Source of the DNA: Octopus vulgaris
Lineage: Eukaryota
DNA: 64,000 bases
Assembly (NCBI GenBank): GCA_951406725.2
Contig: OX597840.1
Span: forward strand, 20,708,001-20,772,000
Direction: 5' to 3'
Below, piece after piece: positions 1 to 12,560 of this stretch. Numbering within the stretch: the first letter of the stretch is position 1; the number at the start of each line of letters is the position of its first letter. The notes beneath the pieces were generated by a model, which ran no database searches, was not told where the DNA came from, and was given only the letters and a program-made list of their open reading frames with translations. The translations under genes and the position numbers were made by a program.

Positions 1-164
1 TAAAACCGAACAATGATACGCAGATATTCTGCCTTCATATGAAAACACGGTACATTATACAAATTCATTCGTTGACTGTCCTTCCTCCATTAATATGCCT
101 CGTCTTCAAATCTTTACAACCAAAATGTCGTCGTAATAAATCCATAAAGAGATGTCGTCCATTA

Positions 165-249
165 TCAGTCTTTTGAAGTTGACCCAGAAGATGAAGTTGC
201 TTCTTTGTTGAAATCTGTCATCGCAAATTCCAGTGCTGCGCTCATGATC
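165..249 (-). CDS. Weak candidate terminal exon (..IMSAALEFAMTDFNKEATSSSGSTSKD*) of an unidentified minus-strand gene
   Basis: Non-repetitive sequence. On the minus strand, a pyrimidine tract plus AG (tttctctttggtggtttag) precedes 1 nt + 28 codons ending in TGA. No homology recognised. Confidence 0.15.
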
Positions 250-893
250 CTAAACCACCAAAGAGAAATTATTCGTGGTAAATATATCGCATTATTACAA
301 AATTGTTACAAAATTCGTAATTGCGCTGCTTTCGTCGCTTTGTTTAACATTCTCTGAAATGCGTAATAATCGTTTTTCTTCTGAAAAAATGGATTAAATG
401 AATAAAAATTGAAGAAGTTTGTTCCTGAACCGCTTCCTTTGGGGTCTGGTCTTTCTTATTGTGTAACCCCTTGGGTAAGAAGAGTTCTGTGCTATGCGTT
501 TGAGTGAATTTGATAGACGGAAGCTGAAAGAAACCTGTTGCATATATGTCTGCGGCTATGCGAGCGCGCATGCGTTGTTTTGTATGTTTGAGTTTGTTGT
601 CCACTACCACCTCCACCACCACCATGGTACAACCAGTGTTGGTTTGTTTATGTCCCTGCAGAAGAAATGTTTGCGGTCGGCCAGGAGAGTCATGGGCCTC
701 GCTAGATCTAAAACACACAAGGTATGCCGTATGTCACGCGACATCCCTACTCCCTAACTAGGAGTTGCGGGCCCAAGGTGGGAGCAAGGCATAGACATAC
801 AGTGGTGGTACGGTGACGGTAGGCCCCATGGTCACCGTCGTGGAGAGAGTGGTGTTAGTGGGGGTGGCATTGCTGTATATGAGTGAATGTGTG

Positions 894-954
<61 letters not shown>

Positions 955-977
955 GTGTGTGTGTGTGTGTGTGTATG

Positions 978-1199
978 CAAAAGACAGTAAAAGAAATCTG
1001 TGACCTCGTGTGTACCGTTGGCGATTTTTTTCCCTCTGTCTTCCCTTCTCTGGATCTTTCCTTCTCCTATGTTTCCGACGAAGAGCTCCGCTCGAAACGT
1101 TAAACCCTCCTTCTTTCCTTCTTTCCTGAGCGTCCAATAATACTATATTTGTTCCACGTCCTCATGTTGTTGTGTTTTTTTGTGCTTTCTTGTTTGGAT

Positions 1200-1203
<4 letters not shown>
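978..1203 (+). mobile_element. Short non-autonomous Penelope-like terminal fragment carrying a minimal hammerhead variant
   Basis: Contains the hammerhead-like motif at 1071-1105. Shares tttcctgagcg...taatac with the copies at 24.0, 26.3, 27.8 and 63.6 kb. 3' end abuts (TA)n. Confidence 0.6.
1071..1105 (+). ncRNA. Minimal type I hammerhead ribozyme variant (core CCGACGA plus extra A)
   Basis: gttt-CCGACGA-A-GAGC-tcc-GCTC-GAA-ACGT-T-aaac: stem I gttt/aaac, stem II GAGC/GCTC, palindromic stem III ACGT. Confidence 0.6.
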
Positions 1204-1283
<80 letters not shown>

Positions 1284-1862
1284 CACCCACACATATGTAA
1301 TTATGTATATGTGTGTTTATGCTTGTAAATATGTATGTACGTACATATATATGTATGTACATACGCATATGTCTATATGTAGGCATGCATGTATTATGTA
1401 TGTGTGTATGTATGTATGTTTGTATGTGTGTATGCATGTGTGTGTGCATGTATGTATGTATGTGTGTGTGTGTATGTATGTATGTGTGAATGTCTGTATA
1501 TATACAAAACCAATGTCAATAATATGAAACGTTGCTAATCTTAAATTCTCATCTCGGTAGAAATGTCACAACATGAACAGTAAGGAATGGTGGCGCTGGT
1601 GGTAGCGGTGGCGACGGCGGTGACGGTGGTGGTGGCGGTGGTAATGGTTGTGGTGGTGGTGGTGGTGGTGCTAATAGTGTCGGTGGTTGTCGTGGTGGTA
1701 GTGATGGTAGTGGTGGTGATAATGATGATGGTGGTGGCGGTGGTGGTTGTGGAGGTGCCTGTATCTACGTAAGGCTGTGTATGTATGTATTCATGTTTGT
1801 ACTTTATGTATGGATGTATTTAAGCGTGTATATATATATATATGTGTGTGTGTGTGTATGTA

Positions 1863-2416
1863 CAGTCATGCCTCACTTTACGAGGATCCGCTTTACGAGA
1901 CCCTGGCTTTACGAATTTTTATTCTATAATAAATTTTTCAAGCACAAGATCCAAATATTGATAGAAATGCAAAAGTTTCTCCTACAATAACAAATGTTTG
2001 AGTGTGTTACCAAGAAATTTACAGAGAACGAAAAAAAAGATTATTCTAAGCAAACAACTCTAGACTTGTTTCTTTTTTAAAGACATCTACAAGTCCGTCT
2101 ACGGGTGCTTGTGAATCGGCGATCGCGTCTACAAGTGATGGCGTGCACGAGTCTAGTTACGAGTGAAAGTGATTCAGACAACGATTGCTTTACTTTTTTG
2201 CTTTTTTACTTGTTTACTTGTTTCAGTCATTTGACTGTGGCCATGCTGGAGCACCGCCTTTAGTCGAGCAAATCGACCCCAGGACTTATTCTTTGTAAGC
2301 CTAGTACTTATTCTATCGGTCTCTTTTGCCAAACCGCTAGGTTACGAGGACGTAAACACACCAGCATCGGTTGTCAAGTGATGTTGGGGGGACAAACACA
2401 GACACACAAACACACT

Positions 2417-2464
<48 letters not shown>

Positions 2465-2824
2465 TACGACGGGCTTCTTTCAGTTTCCATCTACCAAATC
2501 CACTCACAAGGCTTTGGTCGGCCTGAGGCTATAGCAGAAGACACTTGCCCAAGGTGCCACGCAGTGGGACTGAACCCGGAACCGATGTGGTTGGTAAACA
2601 AGCTACCTACCACACAATAATATTTTTCATTATAAATCATCTTTACTGTTGAATTATTGCCATTTATTTACGAGTTTTATAAATTCCATGGATAAACTAA
2701 ATTTCTGGGAACGGATTACAATTTATAACATTGCTACCATGAGAAATTCTTGCTCTGCTTTACGAGTTTCCGCTTTATGAGTTGTCTCCGGGAACAAATG
2801 AACTCGTATATCGAGGCATTAGTG
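1863..2824 (+). mobile_element. Non-autonomous pogo/Tigger-like DNA transposon interrupted by a SINE
   Basis: Imperfect TIRs (cagtcatgcctcactttacgag / ctcgtatatcgaggcattagtg) flanked by TA, with subterminal ctttacgag repeats. Residual C-terminal KQTTLDLFLF* (2048-2080) resembles the PIP-box-like end of pogo transposases. Confidence 0.75.
2190..2616 (-). mobile_element. SINE family 1 (tRNA-derived head, ccttgggcaagt CORE/V-like block, internal microsatellite)
   Basis: Reverse-complement match to the full copy at 54261-54672. Confidence 0.9.
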
Positions 2825-3093
2825 TATATTATACGCATGTTCGTATGTATTTACGCATGAATACATGAATCCATCATACGTGTATATATTGTTGCATGCG
2901 TGTTTGCATGTATGTGTGCACGAACTCTTGTATATATGCATGTATGCATGTTTTTTACGTATGCTCGGATGTATGCAAATAGGTGTTATGCATACGTATG
3001 CGTATACCTATGCATGGGTATGCATGCATTAGGATGCATGTATGCGTGTATCTATGTATATATGTACGAATGCATGCACGTATATATCTGTGA

Positions 3094-3149
<56 letters not shown>

Positions 3150-3282
3150 GCAATAAAGGGTGGAATGTAATTAATTTAATAAAATTAATCAATTTCACCT
3201 TGTAGATTTGTCGGTATATATGCATATGTATGTATTTATATATATATATATGTGTGTGTAAATATATCGACATATATATAAA

Positions 3283-3334
<52 letters not shown>

Positions 3335-3421
3335 TATATATATATGTTTATCTGTCAGTCTATCAATCTATCCATCTACCCATGTATCCATCCATCCCTC
3401 TATACATCCATCCATCCATCC

Positions 3422-3473
<52 letters not shown>

Positions 3474-3474
3474 C

Positions 3475-4563
3475 GAGAGGAAACTGTCCCTAAAAGGTCG
3501 AGCGGAGGTGGCGAACACGTACATCGCGTCCGTCATCTACTACCGCCTGACCGTCGTACCTTGTCCCGACCCTACCATCACCAAACTACAACGCATCCTC
3601 TTTCGCTTCTTGTGGAAAGGATGCGTCCCGATGGTCAGGCGATCCATTTGCTGTCAACACCCGTTAAAAGGAGGGCTGGGCATGCCGTGGTTGATGATGC
3701 GCAGACACGCGCTGAGACTGCGGCATCTCTGGCTCTATGTAGACGACGGTGAACAGGTGTGGTCGCCGTTTGTGAGGCACGCTTTCCCGCAGCTCGTCTC
3801 CATGACCGAACTGCAGTCGTGGATCAAAAAGAGGCCGAGGAAGGGCGAATGGCACCGCGAGTGTCGCGTTGCTCTCAAGCAACTCTGCCGTCCTGGGTCG
3901 ACCTTAAGTGACTTCAACACAACCAAAGCATTCTATAGGGGTTTAGTGGAGGGGAGGTACGACGACGAGCTCGGGGCGAACCTGGACGTCGACGAGGAGT
4001 ACCTGACCCGCCTGTTCAGGACGACTTTCGGGCCAGGGCCCATGGACAACTTCCAGAGATCCCTGGCCTGGCAGTGCTACCGAGAAGCGCTACCCGTTCG
4101 GGATAAGCTCTACAGACACGGCTCGAGAAACACGGGGCCGACCTGCCCGAGATGCGGCCAGAGCGACGAAACCGTTCTGCACGCACTCGTTCAGTGTCCA
4201 ACAATTTCCGACCTGTGGGCTTATGTCGAACAACTGCTGTCACGTGTGGGACGAGTCGGTTTATCAGCTGAGTCTATCGTCAATATTGTCACGCCTCCTT
4301 CCTTCAAACGGGAAGGAAGAGCTATTTTCATCATCCTTGTGGCTATGGCGAAAGAATGTATCTGGTGGACGCGTCTGAAAGGATTGGAGACAAACACTTT
4401 CCTCTCTGGTCAATCTCTCATCAACTTCTTCAAGTACCACTTGAAAAGGAAAGTGAGAGTAGAGAGGCAAGTTTTGTCTAGCGAATGTTTTAAAAAAAGA
4501 TGGGTGAATGTAGCAAGAATGGCACGTATGAATGACGAAGCCACCTTGAGCATAGTCCTATGA
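3475..4563 (+). CDS. C-terminal ~360 aa of Tx1/L1-type ORF2 (post-RT region with zf-RVT CCHC knuckle); no start codon
   Basis: Motifs LSLKGRAEVAN, FRFLWKG, KGGLGMP, WQCYREALPVRDKL and CPRCGQSDETVLHALVQC; no stops. Confidence 0.85.
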   Translation, partial: ERKLSLKGRAEVANTYIASVIYYRLTVVPCPDPTITKLQRILFRFLWKGCVPMVRRSICCQHPLKGGLGMPWLMMRRHALRLRHLWLYVDDGEQVWSPFVRHAFPQLVSMTELQSWIKKRPRKGEWHRECRVALKQLCRPGSTLSDFNTTKAFYRGLVEGRYDDELGANLDVDEEYLTRLFRTTFGPGPMDNFQRSLAWQCYREALPVRDKLYRHGSRNTGPTCPRCGQSDETVLHALVQCPTISDLWAYVEQLLSRVGRVGLSAESIVNIVTPPSFKREGRAIFIILVAMAKECIWWTRLKGLETNTFLSGQSLINFFKYHLKRKVRVERQVLSSECFKKRWVNVARMARMNDEATLSIVL

Positions 4564-4953
4564 GCCCAGAAATCGAAAACAGAGAGTTGCTTATTTGCAA
4601 AAAAAAAAAAAAAAAAAAAAGAAATATAAAATGTGACTTCATTGACCGAGGTTACCGTGGTCTTTTCCGTAGGCTTTTCTTTCCACGGGTAAACCTCACC
4701 TGTCCTCCCCTTTACACTTCATATTGACATTTCTGTGATAACGATCCCTATTGATCAATTTTTTTTTCCTCTCCCCCTTTTTTTTTTTAACCCCCCTTTT
4801 TTTTGTCCTCTTTCTCTCCTTTTACGATCCCTTTTGATCGAAACTCCCCCTTCCTTTTTTTTTTTTTTTTTCTTTTTTAAACCTTCAAAAGAAAAGCTCT
4901 ACCTTGTAATTTGTTCTATCTGTGTGCAGCCCTGTGTGGCTAATAAAGAAACA
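3475..4953 (+). mobile_element. 5'-truncated Tx1/L1-clade non-LTR retrotransposon inserted in a (TATC)n microsatellite
   Basis: Uninterrupted ORF2 C-terminus, pyrimidine-rich 3' UTR, AATAAA at 4942-4947, (TATC)n on both flanks. Confidence 0.9.
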
Positions 4954-5014
<61 letters not shown>

Positions 5015-5039
5015 CTCTGACTGTCTATCTGACTGACTG

Positions 5040-5110
<71 letters not shown>

Positions 5111-5133
5111 GTCTGTCTGTTTGTCTGTCTCTG

Positions 5134-5185
<52 letters not shown>
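4954..5185. repeat. (TATC)n/(TGTC)n microsatellite
   Basis: Directly visible; matching tract at about 3360-3473. Confidence 0.95.
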
Positions 5186-5186
<1 letters not shown>

Positions 5187-5588
5187 GTGCATATTTGTAT
5201 GTCTACACACAAATGACGCATAATTGTACCCCACGTACCCTCACATATAACGTCCATGACCACCACAAACCCACTTTACCCGAGCCCCTTCCCACCACAC
5301 CCCCAACTAATCCCTCAAACTATTTACACAACGTCGCACCCTCTCCCACCTTCTAACCCCCACCACCACCACCCGCTTTCCCATTAAGTCCCTAATTAGC
5401 ACCAATTAATCCACGTTTAAATGTAATAACCACGTGTGCCGTGTACACGGCTGACACCACGGCTGGGGGTGTGCACGCTGCTGTTATACATCGTGTATCC
5501 CGTTTTAGGGCCTATATATACATACATACATACATACATACATACATACATACATACATACATACATACATACATACATGCATACATG

Positions 5589-5650
<62 letters not shown>

Positions 5651-5793
5651 CTGGCTGATTCCCAATGTACATGTGTGTGAGTGAATGTATGTATGTGTGC
5701 GCGCATGCATATATAAATATATATATATATACACATATATATATGTATATATATGTATATATGTATGCATGTGTGTGTGTGTATATGTTAACT

Positions 5794-5835
<42 letters not shown>

Positions 5836-6692
5836 GCTATTGTACACACCAACCTGCGTATTTTATACATACCTTACATACACGTGCATCGCTTCTGTCT
5901 GTGATGTTGTTGTGGATGTGGTGGTGGTGGTGGTTAAGACATTAATAGTAATTGTGATGCCGACGACGACGTCGATGATGATGATGATGATAACTGCAGT
6001 AGAGGCTGCAGTTGTGGTGAAGGTGGTTATGGTTGTGACGGCGGTAGTGGCGTTCGTGTTGTTATTAGTAGTATAGGCTGTAGCACTGGTGGTCGTCGTA
6101 ATAATAATAATGATCGGAATACTGTGGTGATTGCGGTGATGGTATGCGCTTAGTAGTTCTTGGCGGGTGTCTCTAGTCTTGGTGGTGGTGGTTCCTGTAG
6201 TTGCCCAGGTGGCCTGGTGCGAACCATTTTCATTCGTAATTACCTTTAATTACCTAAACACGGAACTATTTAGTGGAGTGGTTTATTTTACCTGTAAACA
6301 TCACCTCCACCGCCACCGCTGCCATGCCTCCTCCGTAAACCTTGCTATCACCTGCCAACACAACCACCACCACCAGCGACGCTACCGCCACCACCACTAC
6401 CAGCACCACCATCATAAATATCATCATCACCACTACCAGCATCACCACCTCACACCTCCTCCTCCTCCACCACCATCACCACCACTACCACCACCACCAT
6501 CACCCCCTCACACTTCATTATCGTCTGTTATGGAACTTACAGGCAAAATAGAACCACTCTTTTGGAATTGATAAAAGGAGTTTTTTTCTAATTTTTATAC
6601 TTATATATTATATTTTGTGAAATTTGATATATTTCTAAATTGAATTTTTCCCTGTAAGTTAGGAATAATATTCCCTCAAATAATTATTATAT

Positions 6693-6804
<112 letters not shown>

Positions 6805-6860
6805 GAGTGTATATATATATATATATATATATGTATGGATGGATGGATGTATGTATATAT

Positions 6861-7251
6861 TTCTTTATTTTAGTTTCAGTCATTTGACTGTGGCCATGCT
6901 GGAGCACCGCCTTTAGTCGATCGGACTCTTTTGCCGAACAGTTATGCTACAGGGACGTAAACACACCAGCATCGGTTGTCGAGCGATGGTGGGGGGACAA
7001 TCGCAGACATGCAAACATACACAAACACACACAAACACACACACACACCAGACACACAGACACACACACACACACACACATATAAATATATATATATATA
7101 CACGACGGGCTTTCAGTTACCGTCTATGAAATCCACTCACAGCCCGGGGCCATAGTAGAAGACACTTGCCCAAGTAGCCACGCAGTGGGACTGAACTCGG
7201 AACCATGTGGCTGGTAAGCAAGCTACTTACCACACACCCACTCTTGCACCT
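6861..7251 (-). mobile_element. SINE family 1 copy with internal deletion
   Basis: Matches family 1 head and tail. Confidence 0.85.
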
Positions 7252-7506
7252 ATATATATAATTCGATATGTGTGTACGTATGGGTTTAAAATTAAAAAGT
7301 CAATAAAAGAAAATGGAGAAGAAGAATGAAAAATATGCTTGGTTTGTTTTATTTGTATCACAACTGGAAAAAGTAATGCAAATTAAAAGATGGAAAATAT
7401 AGGAATATAAAAGGAACCGCCTCAACCAACAAAATATTTATTATATATTTCATATATAATAAATATATGTGTGTGTGTGTGTGTGTGTGTATGTGTGTAT
7501 ACATTA

Positions 7507-7537
<31 letters not shown>

Positions 7538-7554
7538 AATACATACATACATAC

Positions 7555-7593
<39 letters not shown>

Positions 7594-7762
7594 CATACAT
7601 ACATACATACATACATACATACATACATACATACACACATACATACATACATACACACACACATGCATGCATACATACATACATACATACATACATACAT
7701 ACATACATACATGCATACATGCATATATATATATATATACATATTTCCTTGCACGCACACAT

Positions 7763-8241
7763 AAACATAACAGAAAAAAAAGCACGCACCCCAAAAGAAA
7801 CATTGACATAACTCAAGGAACGCCAAAACGCCAGGTCTGGGTGGAGAGAGAGAAAGAGAGAAAGAGAGAGAGGGACGGAGAGAGAGAGGTGGGGGAATGG
7901 GGGTGTGGGGGTGGAAGACGGAAGACTGATCTGTCCCAAGTTGCACATTCTTCATGTTGCAGTCTTCAGCGATGTCTGGCATGATTGGTTGTAAACGGTG
8001 CCAGGCAGGTGGGCTTATGGTTTCATACCTGATACCTTTGGGTGGGGAGGAGACGGGCTGTGTCGCTGGTGGTGGTGGTGGTGATGGAGATGGAATTTAC
8101 TCAGCTCCCTCGGGGTTAAGTACGGCACCGCCTACAGGTAAATACCTATCTCCCTTATTAAAACCACATTCCTGCGGAGAGTAAACCTCAACACATCGTG
8201 GGGCAGGAGGCTCTGGGTGAATGTTATTGTTGATGTTGTTG
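7763..8241 (+). repeat. Left arm of a ~450-480 bp inverted duplication (partner 9393-9842)
   Basis: Near-identical reverse-complement match; both arms encode the same MLQSSAMSG... ORF. Confidence 0.95.
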
Positions 8242-8390
8242 CTGTTGTTTAGGCTCTGGATCAAGCGTGACTGAGAAGACTTTTGATCAAGTTTGTTCCG
8301 GCCGTGACTACCTTGTTATTTTCCGAAGTGTATGTATATGCGTGACGTGTGTGTGTGTGTGTGTGCACATGCCTGTTTGTATGTATTTGC

Positions 8391-8515
8391 ATGCTAATCA
8401 ATGCTAATCACCTTGTTTGGGCTCTGTTGTTCTCAAGAACAATACTAATTAGCTGGTTTGGCCCCTGTTGTTCTCAAGAAGAATGCTAATCAGCCGTTTT
8501 GGCCCCTGTTGTTCT
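8391..8515 (+). repeat. 41-bp minisatellite, about 3 units (aatgctaatcagctggtttggcccctgttgttctcaagaag)
   Basis: Units spaced 41 bp apart (8460, 8501); inverted copy at about 12298-12353. Confidence 0.85.
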
Positions 8516-8517
8516 GA

Positions 8518-8735
8518 AGGCGCTGAGCTGGCAGAATCGTTAACACGCCAGGCGAATTCCTTAGCAGCATTTCTTTCGTCATTTTGTCTTGAGTTCAAAT
8601 TCCGCAGAGGTTGACTTCGCTTTTCATCCTTTAGTGGTCGTTGAAATAAGTACCAGTCACGCACTGGGGTCAATGCAATAGAGTTATCCATACCCCCGAA
8701 ATTGCTGGTCCAATGCTAAAAACTTTGAGGCCAAT
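8518..8735 (+). mobile_element. SINE family 2 (tRNA-like head, gcctttcatcctttcggggtcgat-type central block)
   Basis: Matches the full copy at 32666-32898. Confidence 0.8.
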
Positions 8736-8801
8736 TTCAAGCTTTGGCTCATTTGCCTGGCTCATGATGTGAGACGCTCTAACCACTGAGTCATGCGCCT
8801 T

Positions 8802-9030
8802 CAATCATGGGGTAATGAGTTCGATTCCTGGACCTGTTTGTGTGTTGTGTTCTTGAACAAGACACTTTATTTCACGTTGTTCCTGTTCACTCAGCTGTAG
8901 AAATGAGTTGTGACGTCACAGGTGCCAAGCTGTATCGGTCCCTTTTGCTTTTCCCTTGGATACCATTAGTGGCGTGGAGAGCGGAGGCCGGTATGCATGG
9001 GCGACTGATGGTCTTCCAGAAACAACCTTT
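8802..9030 (+). mobile_element. SINE family 4 (B-box gagttcgattcc, V-like gttcttgaacaagacactt)
   Basis: Matches the reverse complement of 59063-59283. Confidence 0.75.
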
Positions 9031-9183
9031 GCTGTTGTCTACAAGGTACAAGTTCTTGGTTTTATCAGAAAAAGGTGCCGTTTTTTGAAATTTTTTTACG
9101 TATGTATGTAGAAAACTGAGTATTCCTGCGACGGTCCGGCGTCCCGTCCATCAATGGTGGTTATCTTACACACACACACACAC

Positions 9184-9218
<35 letters not shown>

Positions 9219-9247
9219 TGTATGTATGTATGTTTGTATATGTATAC

Positions 9248-9280
<33 letters not shown>

Positions 9281-9315
9281 TACACACACATACATACACA
9301 CACATATACACACAT

Positions 9316-9376
<61 letters not shown>

Positions 9377-9392
9377 GGTAGCTATGACCGCT

Positions 9393-9842
9393 AACAACAA
9401 CAACAATAACATCCACCCAGAGCCTCCTGCCCCACGATGTTGCGGTTTACTCTCCGCAGGAATGTGGTTTTAATAAGGGAGATAGGTATTTACCTGTAGG
9501 CGGCGCCGTACTTAACCCCGAGGGAGCTGAGTAAATTCCATCACCACCACCACCACCAGCGACACAGCCCGTCTCCTCCCCACCCAAAGGTATCAGGTAT
9601 GAAACCATAAGCCCACCTGCCTGGCACCGTTTACAACCAATCATGCCAGACATCGCTGAAGACTGCAACATGAAGAATGTGCAACTTGGGACAGATCAGT
9701 CTTCCGTCTTCCGTCTTCCACCCCGACACCCCACACCCGCCATTTCCACCCCTCTCTCTCTCCACCCAGAGCCGGCGTTTTGGCGTTCCTTGAGTTATGT
9801 CAATGTTTCTTTTGGGGTGCGTGTTTTTGGGGTGTTATGTTT
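9393..9842 (-). repeat. Right arm of the inverted duplication (partner 7763-8241)
   Basis: Reverse-complement match by eye. Confidence 0.95.
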
Positions 9843-9975
9843 GTTAATGTGTGTGTGTGTATGTGTTTGTGTGTGCGCGTGCTCACACACACATATATTT
9901 ATACACGTTTGTGTGTGTGTGTGTGTGTGTATTCATATATATTTATAAATAAAAATATGTATGTGCATATATATA

Positions 9976-10026
<51 letters not shown>

Positions 10027-10162
10027 CATATATATAAATATGGATAAATATTAGACACACACACTCGCACACATATATATACATATATATATACATATAT
10101 ATATATACATATATACACATACACACATACTTACATATATACATACATACGTACATGCATGC

Positions 10163-10194
<32 letters not shown>

Positions 10195-10423
10195 CGGGAG
10201 TTCTGGCTTCCTTATGTCAATGTTTCTCTTTGCTTACGTTTGTGTGTGTGTTGTGAGGCTGGTAATACACTAATTTAAAGAAAGCACACCTTGGAGCATG
10301 GATGAAGATGGTTGTGACGGGGAGGTGCTTGTCGCTGGTGGGGTCGGGGGTCTCGTAGTGCTGCGATGATGATAATGATGATGGTGGTGGTGGTGGTGGG
10401 GTTATGGTAATGACAATGATAAA

Positions 10424-10456
<33 letters not shown>

Positions 10457-10684
10457 CTGGTGATCGTAGTGATGATGACGATGACAACGACGACGCCGAC
10501 GTTGATGATGATAATGATTGTTGTTGTTGTAGTGGTGGTGGTGGTGGTGGTGGTGGTGGTGTTGAGGATGATTGCGGCAGGCTCTTTAGTGGTGGTCGTG
10601 GTGGTCTTCTGGGCGGAGTATTTGGCATTCGTTTAATATAAACATGGAGGTTATGATATAATACAGCGTGGTCGACGTTGACCG

Positions 10685-10940
10685 GAGGAGGAGGAGGAGG
10701 AGGAGAAGGAGGAGAAGGAGGAGAAGGAGGAGGAGGAGGAGAAGAAGAAGAAGAAGAAGAAGAAGAAGAAGAAGAAGAAGAAGAAAGAGAAGAAGAAGAA
10801 GAAGAAGAAGAAGAAGAAGAAGAAGAAGAATAGGAAGAAGAAGAAAGAGAAGAAGAAGAAGAAGAAGAAGAAGAAGAAGAAGAAGAAGAAGAAGAAGAAG
10901 AAGAAGAAGAAGAAGAAGAAGAAGAAGAAGAAGAAGAAGA
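10685..10940. repeat. (GGA)n/(GAA)n polypurine tract
   Basis: Directly visible; about 255 bp purine-only on the + strand apart from one T. Confidence 0.95.
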
Positions 10941-11865
10941 ATTGGAAGAGAGCGGCGAGAAACATTGAGAAAGAGGGTTGGACAGCAAAGCATTGTGTAG
11001 GGTTTATGATGATGATGATGATGATTGTTGTTGATTGATCTGAGATTAATGATTGCCTTAGTGGTAGACTGGACGCCGGCAACATTCGAACTCGGATCGT
11101 AAAGCTAGAAAAAGATGCCGCCAATCATTTCGTCCTGTTTTGCAGCAGACGATCCCCACCAAAATGGCTTCGTTGTGGATTAACGTTGAAAACGTGACTC
11201 AGTTTGTTCGTTGTGATGTAAGTTTAGCCTAACAAGCCAAGGATGGAGTCGGAAGCTGAACACAATGAAATGGTCCTTCCTTCTTCTTTTAATCTTCTAT
11301 TTCTTTTACTAGTTTCGGTCATTTGGCTGCGACCATGCTGGAGGCACCGCCTTTAGTCGAAGTAATCGACCCCAGAACTTCTTCTTGGAAATGAATCGAA
11401 ACTCCGAAGGAAGAGGAAGGTTTCGTTCAAGGTAAAATGACACAAATTCTTCGAGGAGATCCATCGAATTCTTGTATACGATATCGAAGAATAACTGAAC
11501 GCCTCAAAAGATAGGTCACTGAATATGGGTCAACAAGAAAAATCGATTTTTTTAAAGAGTGTGGCATACAATTTGTATCGATTTTAAGTGATCACGATAA
11601 ATCATTAATTATATCTTATTACGTCTTTAAAATGACATTTTTTTAAATACATTTTCCCACAATATTTTACCTGAATCCTATCAATAAAATTCTCAATGAT
11701 TCTTTGATTTAGATGTTCACCTTGATTTCTAAAGGGTTTATCTAAATCTGGACAAAAAGTCGTTGGACAAAAAAGAACCATCGGACAAAAAGTCATCTTC
11801 GGACAAAAAGACGTGGACGCAGTGATGTTGGAGAAAGTGACGAACGAAATGCCGCTAAGGAATTC

Positions 11866-12255
11866 ACTACTCTTTACTCTTTTACTTGTTTCAGTTATTT
11901 GACTGCGGCCATGCTGGAGCACCGCCTTTAGTCGTGCAAATCGACCCCGGGACTTATTCTTTGTAAGCCCAGTACTTATTCTATCGGTCACTTTTGCCGA
12001 ACCGCTAAGTGACGGGGACGCAAACACACCAGCATCGGTTGTCAAGTGATGTTGTGGGGACAAACACAAACACACAAACATACATATATATACATATATA
12101 CGACGGGCTCCTTTCAGTTTCCGTCTACGAAATCCACTCACAAGGCTTTGGTCAGCCCGGGGCTATAGCAGAAGACACTTGCCCAAGGCGCCACGCAGTG
12201 GGACTGAACCCGGACCCATGTTGTTGGTAAGCAAGCTACTTACCACACAGCCACT
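11866..12255 (-). mobile_element. SINE family 1 copy
   Basis: Matches family 1. Confidence 0.9.
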
Positions 12256-12354
12256 GCACGCGTGCTAACGATTCCACCAGCTCACTGCCTTGAAATTACA
12301 GGGGCCAAACAAGCTGATTAGCATTCTTCCTGAGAACAACAGGGGCCAAACAGC

Positions 12355-12560
12355 GGCAGAACCGTTAGCACGCCGGATAAAATGCCTGGTGGCATTTCGT
12401 CCGTCTTTATGTTCCTGGGTCAAATGCCACAGATGTCAATTTTACATTTCATCCTTTCGGGATCGATAGAATTAATACTAGTTATACACTGGAGTCGATG
12501 TAATCGACTTACCCCTCCTCCTCCAGAATTGCTGGCCTTGTGTCAAATTTTGAAACCATA
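12355..12560 (+). mobile_element. SINE family 2 copy
   Basis: Matches 32666-32830. Confidence 0.8.

Noticed and set aside
3286-3474. N-terminal part of the 425-aa ORF
   Set aside because: Read-through of (TA)n/(TATC)n; LINE homology starts near 3475
9656-9690. CTGAAGA followed by a stem in the inverted duplication (also 43882 and 59412)
   Set aside because: No correctly placed GAAA, stem III or stem I
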